Source of the DNA: Bipalium vagum
Taxonomy: Eukaryota
Direction: 5' to 3'
DNA length: 50,930 nucleotides
NCBI GenBank assembly: GCA_037834085.1
Contig: JBBMKC010196163.1
Coordinates: 1-50,930, forward strand
A program made the position numbers and the translations under genes. Below, piece after piece: positions 27,194 to 41,149 of the stretch. The stretch's first letter is position 1, and each line of letters begins with the position of its first letter. The notes under the pieces are model-generated. The model saw nothing but the letters and a program-made list of their open reading frames with translations, made no database searches and was not told where the DNA came from.

Positions 27194-27549
27194 TAAGTCA
27201 GGATTGAATTTAATATTGATTTGATGAAAATAATTTGGTTATGGAAAAGTGTTTTCTTTTTATTATTTATTTATAAATTAATTATCTAAAATTTTTATTA
27301 AAATTAATTTAACAAATTAGTTTTTCTAAAAGAGGCTTTAAATTTATTTTAATTATCACAAATTAATTGAAACATTCATTTTAAATTAAGGATTAGATTC
27401 TTATATATTACCTTAATTATAAATGTCTAATAAATTATTTTTTAACATTATTCAAATTTTATTTCGTATAATAATAATAATAAAAATAATAATAATAATA
27501 TATTTTTCTTTATATTAATAATAAATGTATTCTTTTTCCATTATAATAT

Positions 27550-28340
27550 AATGGAGTTCTCTTTGGATTAGCAGTGAAATCCATTAGTGTTAATACCGCC
27601 TGGCGTCAGGTCAAGTGAACCAATAAAAACCTACAGGGAGGCCGTTAGAAGTAGTATCAAAGATACAACGGATACAAGATAATGGATATAAAACACGACC
27701 TGTCGTGGAATACTCAAACACCTCGGTTAAATGCTTTTTTTGTAAAAAGAACCCGGTCACCTTAAAAAGGACTGTCCAACAAAAAGTCAGTGGAATGTTA
27801 GACATGTAAAAGAATAAGCACATCAGGCTGTTTTTTCCAGAAAGAAAAATCCCACGTGTTTTAGATGTGGAAAAGCCGAATACATTCGAAGGAATTGTAC
27901 AGAATACAAATGTCAAAGGTCTGGAAGAAATGTTCATCAAGTTCCGGAGTGGTACAAAAAGCTAGAATTATAGGTTAGAGAAGAAACAAGAATTTTTACG
28001 AAAGTAATTATGGGATGAGTAGAAAAAGAAGGATTAATGAGAGAATAATATGAGAATATCTCGGTGTACCAAAAAGACCAGACTCCAGTAGTCAGGGGAG
28101 TTAGAGGAAGCCATATTATTACAAAATGATTTAGGCAAACGAAAGAGAAACAGCAGAAAAGGTGTTCTGAGTTTTAAAAAAGGATAAATTTGAAATAGAG
28201 GAGTATGGACAGTTGAATGAGATTACAGATAGTGAAGAAATGATTATTTTGTTCCATAAGATGCAAGGTAGACCAAGTGTTAAGATAGTGACTGGAATGT
28301 GACATTCTATTAGATAGAGGAGCCGGAAAATATAAATAAA
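27550..28340 (+). mobile_element. LTR-retrotransposon gag (four CCHC knuckles) plus protease relic
   Basis: CFFCKK../GHLKKDCP, VEC*TCK, CFRCGKAEYIRRNC and KCQRSGRNVHQVPEW, then ILLDRGA (degenerate LLDTGA). Confidence 0.7.
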
Positions 28341-28379
28341 ATTACTTAGCGTTTAAATTTCTATGTATGGAGCAAGAAC

Positions 28380-29020
28380 AAATGTAAGTAGTAACTCTTC
28401 TTTTAGAACACCTTTAATGAGCAAATGTCATTCAATGGAAATCTACGAAAGGTTATGTAGTAAATGTGAAATGATTACAAATAAGAAAGATATGATCGGC
28501 CTTATTCTCTATTTTCTAATTACTTTCGTTGCAAAAATAAAATATGTAGAATCTGTTTCTAAATTAGGATCTTCTTTGGAACAATATTCACAAACTAAAA
28601 ATTTTCCCCTCAAGTATGGAATTACCTGAAGCATCTAGGTTTTTTCAAAAAATTGGACCAAATTAAGTCTCATGATTTGAAGGATTTCCAACCGAAACAA
28701 TGGATGGATATTGGTCTTTCTTTGGTCTTGAAACACAATAATGGATCGCTATGGATTCAAGATGAATACTAAAAACAGGAAATATGTAAAGATAATTTTT
28801 CCTGTGTTTACTATCGATTGCCTTAAAATATCATCATTAATATCAGTTAATGGTCGGATAGAGTGAGGCTCATCTTTCAGATTAACTCTTCCAATTTAGA
28901 TTTTTTCTAACTATGTTTGTGTATTCAGAAGAGCACATGTCTTTTCCAAAAGCTTATTTTATTCTTCGAGTGATTTCCGACACACTATAATCAAGCTTAT
29001 ACTTATAATATTAGCAAACA
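28380..29020 (-). mobile_element. Tc1-like transposase relic
   Basis: Decayed FQQDN-like and WPSQSPDL-like (WKSFKS*DL) segments in the expected order. Confidence 0.45.
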
Positions 29021-29506
29021 TGAATGTCATTTTTCGTTACAGACATCTAAAAATAAATTTTAATATAAATTGTTAATTTAAATTTAAATTGTTAACTAAA
29101 ATATAAAATGATATATTTGAATATATATTTAAATGATATATTTCCAATTTTACAAATATCTATTTGATAATATTGTATTTTAAATTTAAATTTTTATTTT
29201 CTCTCGAAAAAGTTTCTTTAAATCAGGTTTTAAATAATTTTTATAACATTTAGAATTTAAAGTTTAAATATCAATCTTAATGTGTAATCAAATATTTCTC
29301 TTAAATATTTTTTATAAAATAATTTTATTGTTATAATTTTTAATGTTTTGATTAATTGATTTAGTATAAAGATTAATTTTTATTTACGTAATATTAAGCT
29401 TACATTTAATTATAAAATTATCCGTTTCATTTTGTTTAAATAATTAACTGCTTTTTTATATAAATAATTTTATTTCAAATAATAATTTTTAAAATTATCG
29501 TTGCTT

Positions 29507-32500
29507 ATGGATAAATCGGATGATCATTATTGGGACAAATGTACTCTAAACTTTAACTTGGTAAATTAAATTATTTAATTTCAATTTAATTATTTCTTAA
29601 AAGGATGATGATAAACCGTCTCCAAAATACAGTTTGATTTTTTTTATCACAATGAGGTGTAAATTTAATATAAATTTTAGAAATGGATGACATTAGTAAA
29701 TTCTCCGTTCGGAAACATGCTGCACCTCAACCCCAAACATCTTTGTCGACACCGACATCTAAAATATCAACTAATATCGGTGGACCTGTATCGATTTTGG
29801 TTGAATCTGATCTTGGTTAGTAAACTTTATATCGTTATCATCTTAGTTTAATATCAAACTTAGAAAAACCCTCTCTTCTTTGTTCCATTTGTAACAAATT
29901 GATTACACAAGAAGATCCAATTAAATTCGAAGGCACATTAATTTTTACAAACGATGTTGTGATCAATAAATTTATGAAAATTATTACATTTATCATTCCA
30001 AATTTAATTACAGATTTGTTGGAAGCACTGGATCCGAAAAATGGTGGAGTCTTGTGACAATTTACAAATCAATAATCTGTGGTCCCATGCTGCCAAGCGA
30101 TATCTGCTGGAGTGTGTGTGTGCAACTTGTAACGGTCAGAAAATAATCAGAGTCTGTTTCGTTTTGTATTCTCATGCAAACAGGATGATGTCGAAAATAT
30201 TTTTAAGGTAATCTTACTGTTGAAAAGTGCCATGGGGGAATTTGAGTTTGGTTCTCTTTTGTTCGAGAATAGCATTGCCTACAATCACTACATGTCATTT
30301 TTACGAGAAACTCGACAAACAGATGAAAAATTGATGAGGTAACTAATAGTGATTGAAATTTAATGAAGTTGATAAGCTGATTTTCTGTTTTAAGATGCCG
30401 GAACATGAATGATGAACCAGTCAGTTTCAATAGATATTTGTCTGTGTCTGATAATGATAATTAAAAATAACTAATAAAAATATAACATCAATGTATTATA
30501 ATTAATAATAATAATTGATGATGATTATTGATAAAAATTTATTCAATTATTCTTAAAAAGTTAAAAAAATAATAATTAATAAATATTAATTAATAATTAA
30601 TAATTATTAAAAATTTTTAATAATTGATAATAATGATAATATTATTAATTATATTATTATTATTATTGAATAAATATAATAAATTATTAAACTATTAACA
30701 AGAAATAGTTATAAAAAGTATTAATAACATTCTCATTGGTTATTTTTCAGATGAAAAATCTGAGGCAGATTGTTAACGATAATTCTTCTGTTACAAGCAA
30801 TACAGTGAGACAATTTATTCGCAAACTGGTCGAATTTCGGTAAGGAAACTTTTTACTTCACAAATATCTTCAACATAAAATTCAATTATTAGTGATTGAA
30901 AATAAGTTTTATTTTTTATTATCCAACAGGCAAAACATTGATTTTACAAAATTTTATTCATTTTTTTAAAATATTATTTTTATAGAAATTAATTGATCGA
31001 AATAATTTTCAAATAATTTAAATTGAACCTTATTGGGTGTCTTATTATTTTTTCAAATAATTGATTTTTTTCAATCGATATTTTATTAAAAACACTGAAG
31101 AATAAATTCGAATTTTGGATACTCTTATCATTGGACAATTTCTCATGAACGGCAGTCTTTCTTAACTGCTCTTTGACTAGTGACTACTCCAACTGTGCGG
31201 TATAAATCAAAATCATACATTAGTCACAAAAATGAAATGGCATCCTTGGTACAAGATATCATTTCCATTTGCCTATCTTCGTTTTTTCTAGCTTTATATT
31301 TTCTTTTCCTCAAGTTCCTCTCTTTGATTGCTTTGCACAATTCCATCGACATAAACTGATCTCTTCTTTCCTTTGTCTCACTGTCTGTTTACCTCGCTTT
31401 GTCAAAACTAAAAACGTCTTACACCTGTTATTTCCTGATATCTTTCGATTAGGGACAACACCCGCTCTCCATTTAGTTCACCTTGATCATCATCTTGTTT
31501 CTTTCAAAATTTCCATATTCACCAATAATCGTTTAGTTCTTTAATATTTCCATAAATCTTAAAAAACTTTTTATTTGTTAATTAATTTAATTTTTGTTAG
31601 TGAAAATTAAATTAAATTTTTTATACCTCACTAAGATGACACTTGAGCCCGGTTCCTAGGAATGTCAGTTTAGAGGGGTTCAAAAAGTATATGAAAAAAA
31701 TTTTTACATTAGAAAAAAAATGAGAAAAGAAGCAAAAAAATGTTCTCCCAATTTTTTGATCTAGTCAAATAGAATTAAAATCAGAAATTTTAATAAAATC
31801 GATATCATTATTTATGATACATTCAATTTTATAATCGAAAGATAAGAAATCGGAAATATGAAAACACACCAAACTTAGAGATTAATAAATTAATACACAG
31901 AAAACGTATAAGAATAGAAATTGATTAAAAAACTGATAAACCTAAAGATAATTTAAAGTAAAAGTGGAATTAATAAAATTTTTGTAACAATTAAAGATTT
32001 GGAAAGATTATAGAACATTAATATTTATAGTAAAGAATTCATCATTTTTTATTTAATCGATAATTCATTTAAAAACTTAGATATATTGATTAATTTATTT
32101 ATTTTCAACTTCGATTAATGTGAGTATATTTTTAAATTAATTATATATTATTTTATTATTATTATTGGTTTTTAATATTTCACATTGATTGTTTTCTAGA
32201 ATTATAAAATTAACTTATCATTTTATTATTAAATTTTAATATAATAAGTATTACATTTGAGAGTGATTCTACACATGAGTTCCAATATATTGACCAGCAT
32301 TACATTTTGTGAATATTATTTCTAAATAATTATATCAATCAAATAAATGACTTTAAACCGTTTGTGTTACATAGACGTTTTCTATACAAAATTAAATTTA
32401 ATATTTCTGATGATATTATTTACTTTGTGCTTTGGATTATTTGATAAAATATTGAACAGAGATGAGATTCAGCTCAATTCTTTAACAATGGGTTTACAGC

Positions 32501-35500
32501 TAGAGCTTATAGGTGAATACATCGCATTGTTGGAACTACAGTTCACAAAATATACAGTAATGTTTCCCTAACTTTCGTAACAACTTTTTAATATCTTCAC
32601 ATATTAGACTTCATTAAATCAACCACTCATAGCAACACTCATAGAAAATAACCTTGCATATCATGCTATCACAGATAGTTCGACTGGAAAATACTTGAAG
32701 GAAAAGTTTAAGGTACCTTTTTATTCGATTTGACCACAATTGTAATTGTTAATTAATAATTCCACGTTATTCAGTTGACACCGGAGGAGTTTTTCTGGAC
32801 AAGCATCAAGCCAATTGTTTGTAGTGGCAAAGTCCAAGAAATAGAAAAGGTTTTGAATCACGTGAGTCATCCCTCCTATCTATATTAACTATTATTTTGT
32901 TTTTAATTTTTAGTAACTGTCAGTATTCAGATTGCTTGAACTCATTAGGTTGTTCAGTATGAAATGTCGTATTCTACCAGTAAATAAAATAATTCTTAAA
33001 AAACTGATATATAAAATATATTAATTAAAATATTTGCCATTACTGTTTAAACACTCTTGCCAACAAAATAAAAGTTTATTTATTCCAATTTGGTAAAATC
33101 CCGGTAAAAAAAACTGACCTATGTTCTTTTGAATGGAACCTTGGTTGAAGAAGGTTTTATTGACAAGAAAATCATTCACGTGTTTGAACAGATGATAATC
33201 TGTTGGTAACAGGTCTCGGGAATAAGGTGAATGAGGCAAAATGTCATACTGCAAGTCATGTAATCTTTGTACAGTCATTTTAGAAATATGAAGTCTTGCG
33301 CTATCATGAAGAAAAATTATTTCCGTTAGACTTATCAAATCCGGCTGCTTTTTATGTGCATGATTTCAATTTCTTGACAGTACGACTGTGCAATAATAGT
33401 TTTGTCTTTAAAAAATTGTAATGTATTAATGCAGTTCATACGGTTATAATTATATTTTTGCAGTGAAGGTTTGACTCAGGCATCTGTTTGGGCTGTTCAT
33501 CAGTGTCTAACCATTGTGCTGATTGTCGACGATTATCGTATTTAATCCGATTTTCGTCACATATCACAATGCGTGATAAGAATGGATCAATTTTCTTCCG
33601 AATAAATAAGAAAGAACAAATTTCTAATCTTGCTTTTTTGTTCTTCGGTCAAATCATATTGAACCCTTTGAATTGAGTTTTTTGACCTTCCCAAGTTTTT
33701 GTTAGACAAAAATGGTAGATTTTGATACATTCAGATCTTGACCAAGTTCTCTCACTGATTGATGGTTGTTTCCTTCTACAGATGCTTTCAAACTGGCTTT
33801 ATTGAAGCATAAAACTGGTCTTCCGCGGTCTTCATTTACCAAGGTCATATCACAACCACTGCTGTGTGGTATGTAAATTAATACTGTCTTCACTCCATGC
33901 AGAATTAATGTTTTCAGCTGCATGTGATGCATTGTGTTTGAGTTTAAACTCGTACAATATGCAGATACAAATTAATTGATCTACTATGCCTAAAAAAGGA
34001 TTTTAAAAAAACTTTATATTCCATTAATATTCTCTTTTTTGCAATGTAAATACACTTTGAAATTTCCTCTTTAATTTTGTATATTTAAACAATGTGTTGG
34101 ATTAATACTTATTAATTAATTTCAATTTGAAATTTAAATAAGAAGTACGACATATCATACTGGACAGCCTAATATTAGAGTAAAATTGAACGTATTATAT
34201 ATTTTACGAAAATAATTTAGTATTTGAAAAAATGTTTCTCTTTATTTTATATTTTAAATGATTAATCATTTATTTTAATACATTTATTTAATTATTTTTT
34301 TTAAATAGGCTTTTTTAAAAAAAATTATTTACTCTTAATTTACGATCACATTTTAATTCACTACTTTAAAATTTTAAAAATTTAGTTTTTAATTTTGATT
34401 TAAATTTGCCTTGCCGGGATTTTCCTTTAAGAAGTACATGGGTCTGAATTTGGTTTGAGCATTCTTGGTGGTTTTTTAACTTACCAAAAATAGAAGCGCG
34501 TGTGCCTCAACAAGGAAATAAATGTTGTATAATCTTCACATCGGAAGAAAGAAATTATTTCATATACAATTGCTTTCAATAAAATAGTAGTGCTCATATA
34601 AAGTTGAAAAACTTAATATATATGATTATATTCAAAAATATTATGACAAATAAAGCTTATACATGTTTCACATATTTTACTTATAATAAAAATTGTATTT
34701 AAACTTTAGAAAAACCGTTAATATAAATAGTATTAAACATAAAATAATGACAGTGGAATAATTGATTAATATATACAAATTAGTAAATTTCAGAAATTGT
34801 TGTATCAAGGCAATCTGAGTCAGTAAGGGAAGAATTATTTTCGTCTTCACCCAGTTCTATTAATTCTTGACCACTTCCATCATTAACAGCCATATCATCA
34901 TCATTATCGATTTCGAACCTATTATTGATTTTTAAGATGATTTTCAATTTTTTATTGAAAATATTGAACTCTTTCTTTTCCATTTGCAGCTATCTCGCAA
35001 CATTCAAATGTTCTTTGAATTGATTTTGATTGAATTGAATAACCATTTCAACAATCTTTTGGTAAGATGGTCTTTTTCTGAAACCTTGTGGAGCAAACTC
35101 GGGAGTTCCATCTCTAGTCCAATTCTCTCATTCATTTCTTATAGCATTTTTGAAATTGGAATTTATTAGTGGCTGTAAATATTGCGTCGTCTTCCTAGAA
35201 TTATTACTGCCTTTGAACCATATTTTTTATGAAGATATTTCAAAATCTCTTCTTTCTTGAGTTCAATAGGAATTCCAAATTATTACTGACTGAGTGTTAC
35301 TAAAAATAAGATCCTCTCTTGCAGAAAACCATATCCATCCAATTCTTCAAAATATTTGTGTTCATTGATCCACTTTGATTTAGAACAACAACGGCTTTAC
35401 CACTGTGGATTGTCACTTTTGGAATTTTCATTAAGCCACGAAAAATAATCATAGATGGAAGCATGCGTCTATCCAATATTATTGTCAAACAAACAGTGTA

Positions 35501-38500
35501 TCGGCTTTTTCGGCACCATCAATATTTTTGCTTCCTATAAAGTCTCTTACCATGTCAAAGTAACATGGAGTTTCATCCATATTAAAAATTAGATCCCTTG
35601 TCATTCCTGCTGTAGCGTTATTTATTTGAGAGAAGTATTGATTTACAAGTTCTTATGTTTTCCTGAGATGGCGAATATCCAGTAATGCACAGTGATTTAT
35701 TTCGTGGCCTAAACCGATGATTTCTGGTCCATCCAATCAATCAATTGGTATTTTAACGTCAAAATTAGAGTTCTCAATGTGTTACACGTAATTATTCTGC
35801 GATCACTTCATTTTTGAAAAATTGTAAAAGTTTTTCCTCAATATTTGGATAAAACGCATTTCTGACTTATGCTGTTTTAAAATGAAAAAAAATTATAAAT
35901 TTTATAAATAACGTGCAAAACTTTCTGAACAAGCTAAAATATTAAATATTTCTGGCTTCTATTATGTTTGCTTTTATTTTTTCAGAAAGGTTTTGGCAGC
36001 AAACCAAACATTTCATATGAAAGAATTGTCTCCTTTTCATATTCTCTTCGAAAGGAACCCGACGAAGTAAATTATTTTCATTAAAATATTTACTCAAATT
36101 TAGCAAAAAAATATAATAATAGATTTATTTTAATATTTCTTAAAAATCAATGTTTTTTAAAATTTTTCATTCCTTAGATATTCATGATTATTTATTAATA
36201 GTAGTAGTATTATTAATTATTTTATTTTTTATTATTAATTTTATTTATTATTAATAATTATTTTTGTTTATTATGAAATTAGTAGAGATTATAAATAAAG
36301 ATTCAGATTTATGATGTAAGCAGATCAATAATAATAAAGTTTATCATTTTAAAATAATTATTTGAGATTATCATTAAAATAAAATTTTGATATAGATTTC
36401 TAATCAAAATATTACATTTTTTTTATTTCTAAAAAATATTTTTTATTTATTCTATGAATAACATTGCAATTTTAAAATTTGACATCATCTTTAGATTTAG
36501 AAGTCTCAAGTTGATTATTAGTTAAGAGGATTTAATATAATCAATTTGTAATTAAATTATATTAAAACAACACGTTTTGGTTAAAACATTATTTCAACTG
36601 GTCTTTGCATGAATTAGTCTTGTTAATCATTGATTTGATTCTCCTAGAACGTTTATTTCCATTTTTTTATTTTTTAATTCTGTTATTATTTATTTTCTCT
36701 TACCTTTGTGCTTATGTAAACCAATTTAATATTAAACTAAATTTAGATTTATTGATTTAAAATGGAATTCAACTTGAATGAAACTATTTATTCAATATTT
36801 GAAATTTATGAATTTATAAAGCCAATTAATATGAGATCTTAATTTTCAACAAGATTATTTTAATCAATATTTTATTATTACTATTATATTTTTATTTTAT
36901 AATTATTGATACAGTCCAATCTCTTTTATGTGGCGTTTTTTTTGGAAAATTACCCCGGAAAATTTTCAATAGTACCATGAAATATAAAACTGAAAAAAGA
37001 TTATTGAACAATTATTATTCATAACATGGATGGGTAATTCAGTGATTTTTTCTTAATGGTAATACCATGGTAAAGATTTTATCAAAGTCTTTAAAATCAT
37101 AAAAATTAATGATTTCTGAAAATTTTCAATAATAAACCTTTTCAGAGAAACCATTATTATTTGAAATTCATCAGTGCTAAAGTTCTTATCTTCTTCAACC
37201 TTTTCATAAATTACATCGTCTTCTATGCCTTCTGAAACTTTATCTTCAACTGGTAAATTTGTTGTTATTTCAATATTTGTATTCTGCACTGTTCCTAAAA
37301 ATTTCTTTATTAAAGCTTTATTAAAACGATTGTTCATAGTAAGTGAAGAAATTCTTTAACATGCTTCAGAAACTTATTGAATGAAATATAAACAATCAAT
37401 CTTTTTGATAAATAAATCCAGACAATCATTTTGATCAATAATGTTTGATTCAAGATAAGAATTTTTGTAATGATTATTGAATGCATTCTTACGTAAAAAT
37501 ATCCTCTATATTTTGCTTAATTCCAGTTTTAGGTGAAATATCGTTATCACTGCATAAAAATATTTTATTTTCAAAAGTTTCATATTTTAATTAAGATCGA
37601 AGATGATCCAGGAATTAATAATCTCTGCTTTTCAATTAATTTTTCGACATAATTTGGAGTTTTGAATAGTAATTTGAAATCTTGATTATTTTATAAAACT
37701 ATTTTAATACCCTTTTATTTAAAAAAAAAAGGTTTAAATAATAGGTAACACACGGGGTTTATTATTTTAAATAAAATTTTCATTAGTTAAATTAATATAT
37801 TTAGAACCACTCTGTTAAAATGATTTACATTTTAAGGCTTTTGAGGTTCATTTTTTCTTGTAATCCAATAGTTATTATAATAATATAGAAAAATCGAAAG
37901 TTTTAAGAAATGCCCCGAAAAGTGAATTTGCCACGGATAATAAGTGCACCTTGCCCGAGGGCATGTCCTAAACGAGTTTAGAATGTAAAAATACTTTAAA
38001 ATCAGAAATTATTATTTGTATTTTTTTTAATTGACTTTTGTCCAGAAATAATTGATTTTGTTATCAATGGGGTATTGGTGGTAGTCATATATATATAAAT
38101 GAATGGAATTGGATTTAATGTGGAACTTTATATTTGACAAAGATTTTATTTTGTGAGAAAATAATAATATCAAAAATTTTCTTTCAGTTCAAAATGAAAT
38201 GCTTACTGAAAATATCAGACATTGAAGACTTAGTGGCTTGCGCAAGTTCTTTTGGACTATTGCCAGCGTTTTTAGAGGTAATTTTCGGCTTTTAGAAAAA
38301 CTCTTCTAAAAAAAATGTTACTCTTTCCATTTTCTTTGTTTTAAGAATAAATGTTACATTTATTGATAATAATCATCTGTCATTTTAGAATTTATTTCTT
38401 ATTACTTAACGCGAATAGGTCGAAAGTATTGAGGCAAAATGCTTAGCCATAAATATATATTTATATATTAAATTAATATATTTATCTAACATATAAAAAA

Positions 38501-40301
38501 CATATTTTTTATTGTTCTATGGATTAGAAAATCTATTTTTTTATAGATCAGGAAATATTTTTAGATTATCATTTGATAAATGACGAAAAAAATCGATCTT
38601 CGCAGACATATATATGATTTGATTCGAGAAAACAGAGTTCGTAAAATATTTCCAACTGAAACGTTTCATGTGCAACGATCTATCGGATCATCAAACGCTT
38701 TGAGGATAGTATTGTACTATCAATTGCAACTTCAACAAATGTCTACCATGTGTCGAAAATAGAGAAGTTTATCGAATCAAAGAAAATTCATCGCGATGGA
38801 CGACGAAAAATATTTCACATTTTCGTCTGATAATATGCCCGGAAATTCTGTATTTTATCCATGTGACAAACAAAGTAGTCCAACAGATGTAAAATTTAAA
38901 TGTAAAGAGAAGTTCACACAAAAGGTTCTCTTATGGCTGACTGTATCCAGTAATGGTATTTCTGCACGATTTATTGGAAAGACCAAAGACATATTAATGC
39001 AGATGTATATCGTCAAAATGCTTACCAACATTATTGCAGTTTATTAAAAAGCATCATTCACAAGATGAGCATATTTTTGGCCATACCTTGCCACTGCTCA
39101 TTATGCATAAACAACAACAGATTGGTTCGATCAACCAAGGGTACCTTTTTTACCGAAACATGAAACCTAAAGCTAGGCCGATCGGGGATTTTTGGCTTAT
39201 ATTGTTTATTAGCAAGGTTGGGTGGTTATGAATGCAGATCAGTTAACGAATAGAATCAAATGACAATTGAAAAAATAGATATGGATATTGTTCAAGACAT
39301 GATGCAAGGTGTATGCGGAAAATTAAGAAAAAATGGAGAACAAGGACCGTTTTCTATTCTGTGATTTGTTGATTTTTTTTCATTTTACTTTCATGTAGTT
39401 TTGATAAAATAATCAGAAACTAAAACTTTTAAGTGTCTTAAAAATAATAATTTTTATTTTGTCTCAATACTTTCGATCCACCCGTTATTTGCTAACCATT
39501 TATAATAATCGATAATTTTTTAAAAGGTATTTACATTATGAGTTTTATAATTTTGTTTTTCACAAATATTAATGAAAATCAATTGAAATTATTTTTCCCT
39601 GCTTCATTATTAGAAACGAAATACACGTCCATAAATCAGCCTTCATCGTATAAGGATTGTAATGAGACCATGAAAATTTTAAAGTAAAACTAAAAACTAT
39701 AACAAATACTTTATTCATTAACTAATGTATTTCATTGTAAATGCTATGCAGAGTGACAATAATGGTCCCGACCAAATATTCTTAAAATTTTTAGATCAAT
39801 TTAAGAAAAAACTCTAACTTTTTTTTAAAATCAAATAAACAATTATTTTCAATTAGATCGTTTGCTTTGATTGTTTTGCCTTCAAACGTTTCGGAAATTT
39901 TCGTAAACTCGACGACGTTTCTTCATCAATTTTGTTACTAACTGACACAAAAAATCAGTTTTAAATAATTCGTGAATGGATAGTCATACTTCACTCTCTT
40001 AATCAAAAAATATGACTTTGAGAATAGGAAATGACACCAAACCAATTCATTGGTGTAAGAATAAGACCTGCAAAATTATTGAACGTTCGGGTATTGTTTT
40101 TTATAAAATTAATTTTATATTTAATTTTCTGTTGACATGATCAAAATGTGATGCAATAATATTATTGTTTCATATTTAGCATTTTGTTTTAATTTTACGT
40201 TTGTGATCCTTAAAGTTTCCTCTAATCTTTTTATTTTTCAGTATTGTAAGCAGAACAAGGAAACCAGTGTATTAAAAAAGCTTCAAAATTTCAATAAATG
40301 A
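29507..40301 (+). CDS. VIPAS39: VIPAS39/SPE-39 (VPS16B; partner of VPS33B) homologue, 14 exons, ~404 aa
   Basis: In-frame GT-AG exons: 29507-29560, 29604-29631, 29681-29815, 29864-29958 (or 29955), 30014-30151, 30208-30338, 30395-30419, 30751-30839, 32460-32556, 32608-32712, 32775-32861, 35986-36066, 38188-38277 and 40242-40301. Segments DDHYWDK..FNLDDD, KRYLLE..NGQKIIRVILLLK..IAYNHYMSFLRE, EYIALLELQ, LNQPLIATL..KYLKEKFKLTPEEFFW and ISYERIV are colinear with VIPAS39 as I recall it. Confidence 0.8.
31120..31550 (-). mobile_element. Possible non-LTR retrotransposon endonuclease (APE) fragment in a VIPAS39 intron
   Basis: GELNGERVLSLIE...KRSVYVD resembles the N.NG..L..L / S.IDY region of APE domains. 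Confidence 0.3.
32945..34172 (-). mobile_element. Near full-length (1228 bp) inactivated mariner DD34D element in a VIPAS39 intron
   Basis: TIRs TTAGGTTGTTCAGTATGAAATGTCGTA and TTAGGCTGTCCAGTATGATATGTCGTA. Motifs EDRGRP, ICDEN, LHDSARLH and HSPYSRDLLPTDYHLF, interrupted by frameshifts and stops. Confidence 0.92.
34780..35870 (-). mobile_element. pogo/Tigger-like (DDE_1) transposase relic
   Basis: IFNMDETPCYFDM, RYTVCLTI..MLPSMIIFRG and GSMNTNILKNW, followed by an acidic tail. Confidence 0.75.
38409..39485 (+). mobile_element. ITmD37E-like Tc1/mariner element with TIRs, inactivated
   Basis: TIR core TCGAAAGTATTGAG(G/A)CAAAAT at both ends. Motifs MDDEKYF, KF..KVLLWLTVS..GIS, FWPYLATAHY and ARPIGDFW. 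Confidence 0.85.
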
Positions 40302-41149
40302 AGTTCTGGAACATTTTACAATTTCAAGCTATATATAGAAATGTTTAAGTTTTATTTGCACTCTGATATTTTTGAAGTTTTGGTATACTTTGACGTCATT
40401 TTTCTGCAAAAATTTCCTGGAGGGAAAGAAATTTCTATTTTTCTCCTTTATTGCACTTTTATTTATATGCAGAAATTTTTAACTGATGATTTTAAATAAA
40501 GTCTTGATATTATAAAATAAGAATATATGCTCAAATCTGATTAGATAAAATAATGAAACAGTGCAGTTTGATTTTTCACCGTTCCACGTTGAGTAAATAT
40601 TATATATTTTTTTATTTTTATTAATATTATACATTATAAACTTATTTTTTAACTAGACTATAAGTTGTACAAATAAAATTATTAACAAAAGTAGTGTTAA
40701 AATGAAAAAACTAACATAAAATCTAAATCTAAGAAATCGTATTTTTAATTTTTTGCTTAATTTGCATAGTTTGAAATAATCAGAAACTCTCCTATTTTCT
40801 CTGCTAAAATTAATGCTTAAAGGAACTTAAACTTTCAACAAGAAAATCAACACAATTTGATGATCAGAAATATAGTTCTCGGAAAATTTATTTATATAAA
40901 CTAAAAACTTTTGTTAAACGATTTTATAGAATTAAATATAAGTATGGAAAATCTTTTTTTAAAAAATAATTATTTGGAGGCGTCTTTTCAAGTAACAAAA
41001 ACAATGCTGTTATAGTAAAACAAGAATCATAGTTAGAAAATTGAGTAAAAAAACAAATAGAATGAGTAAGTATTTATGAAAATATAAATTAAATAATATA
41101 TACATTAAAATTTATGTTTAAAAATGGTAATCAGTGAAAAATATTTTTG

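Noticed and set aside
27601-27620. TGGCGTCAGG as a primer-binding site
   Set aside because: It is not preceded by an LTR-like CA end, has no convincing tRNA complement, and no paired LTR was found.
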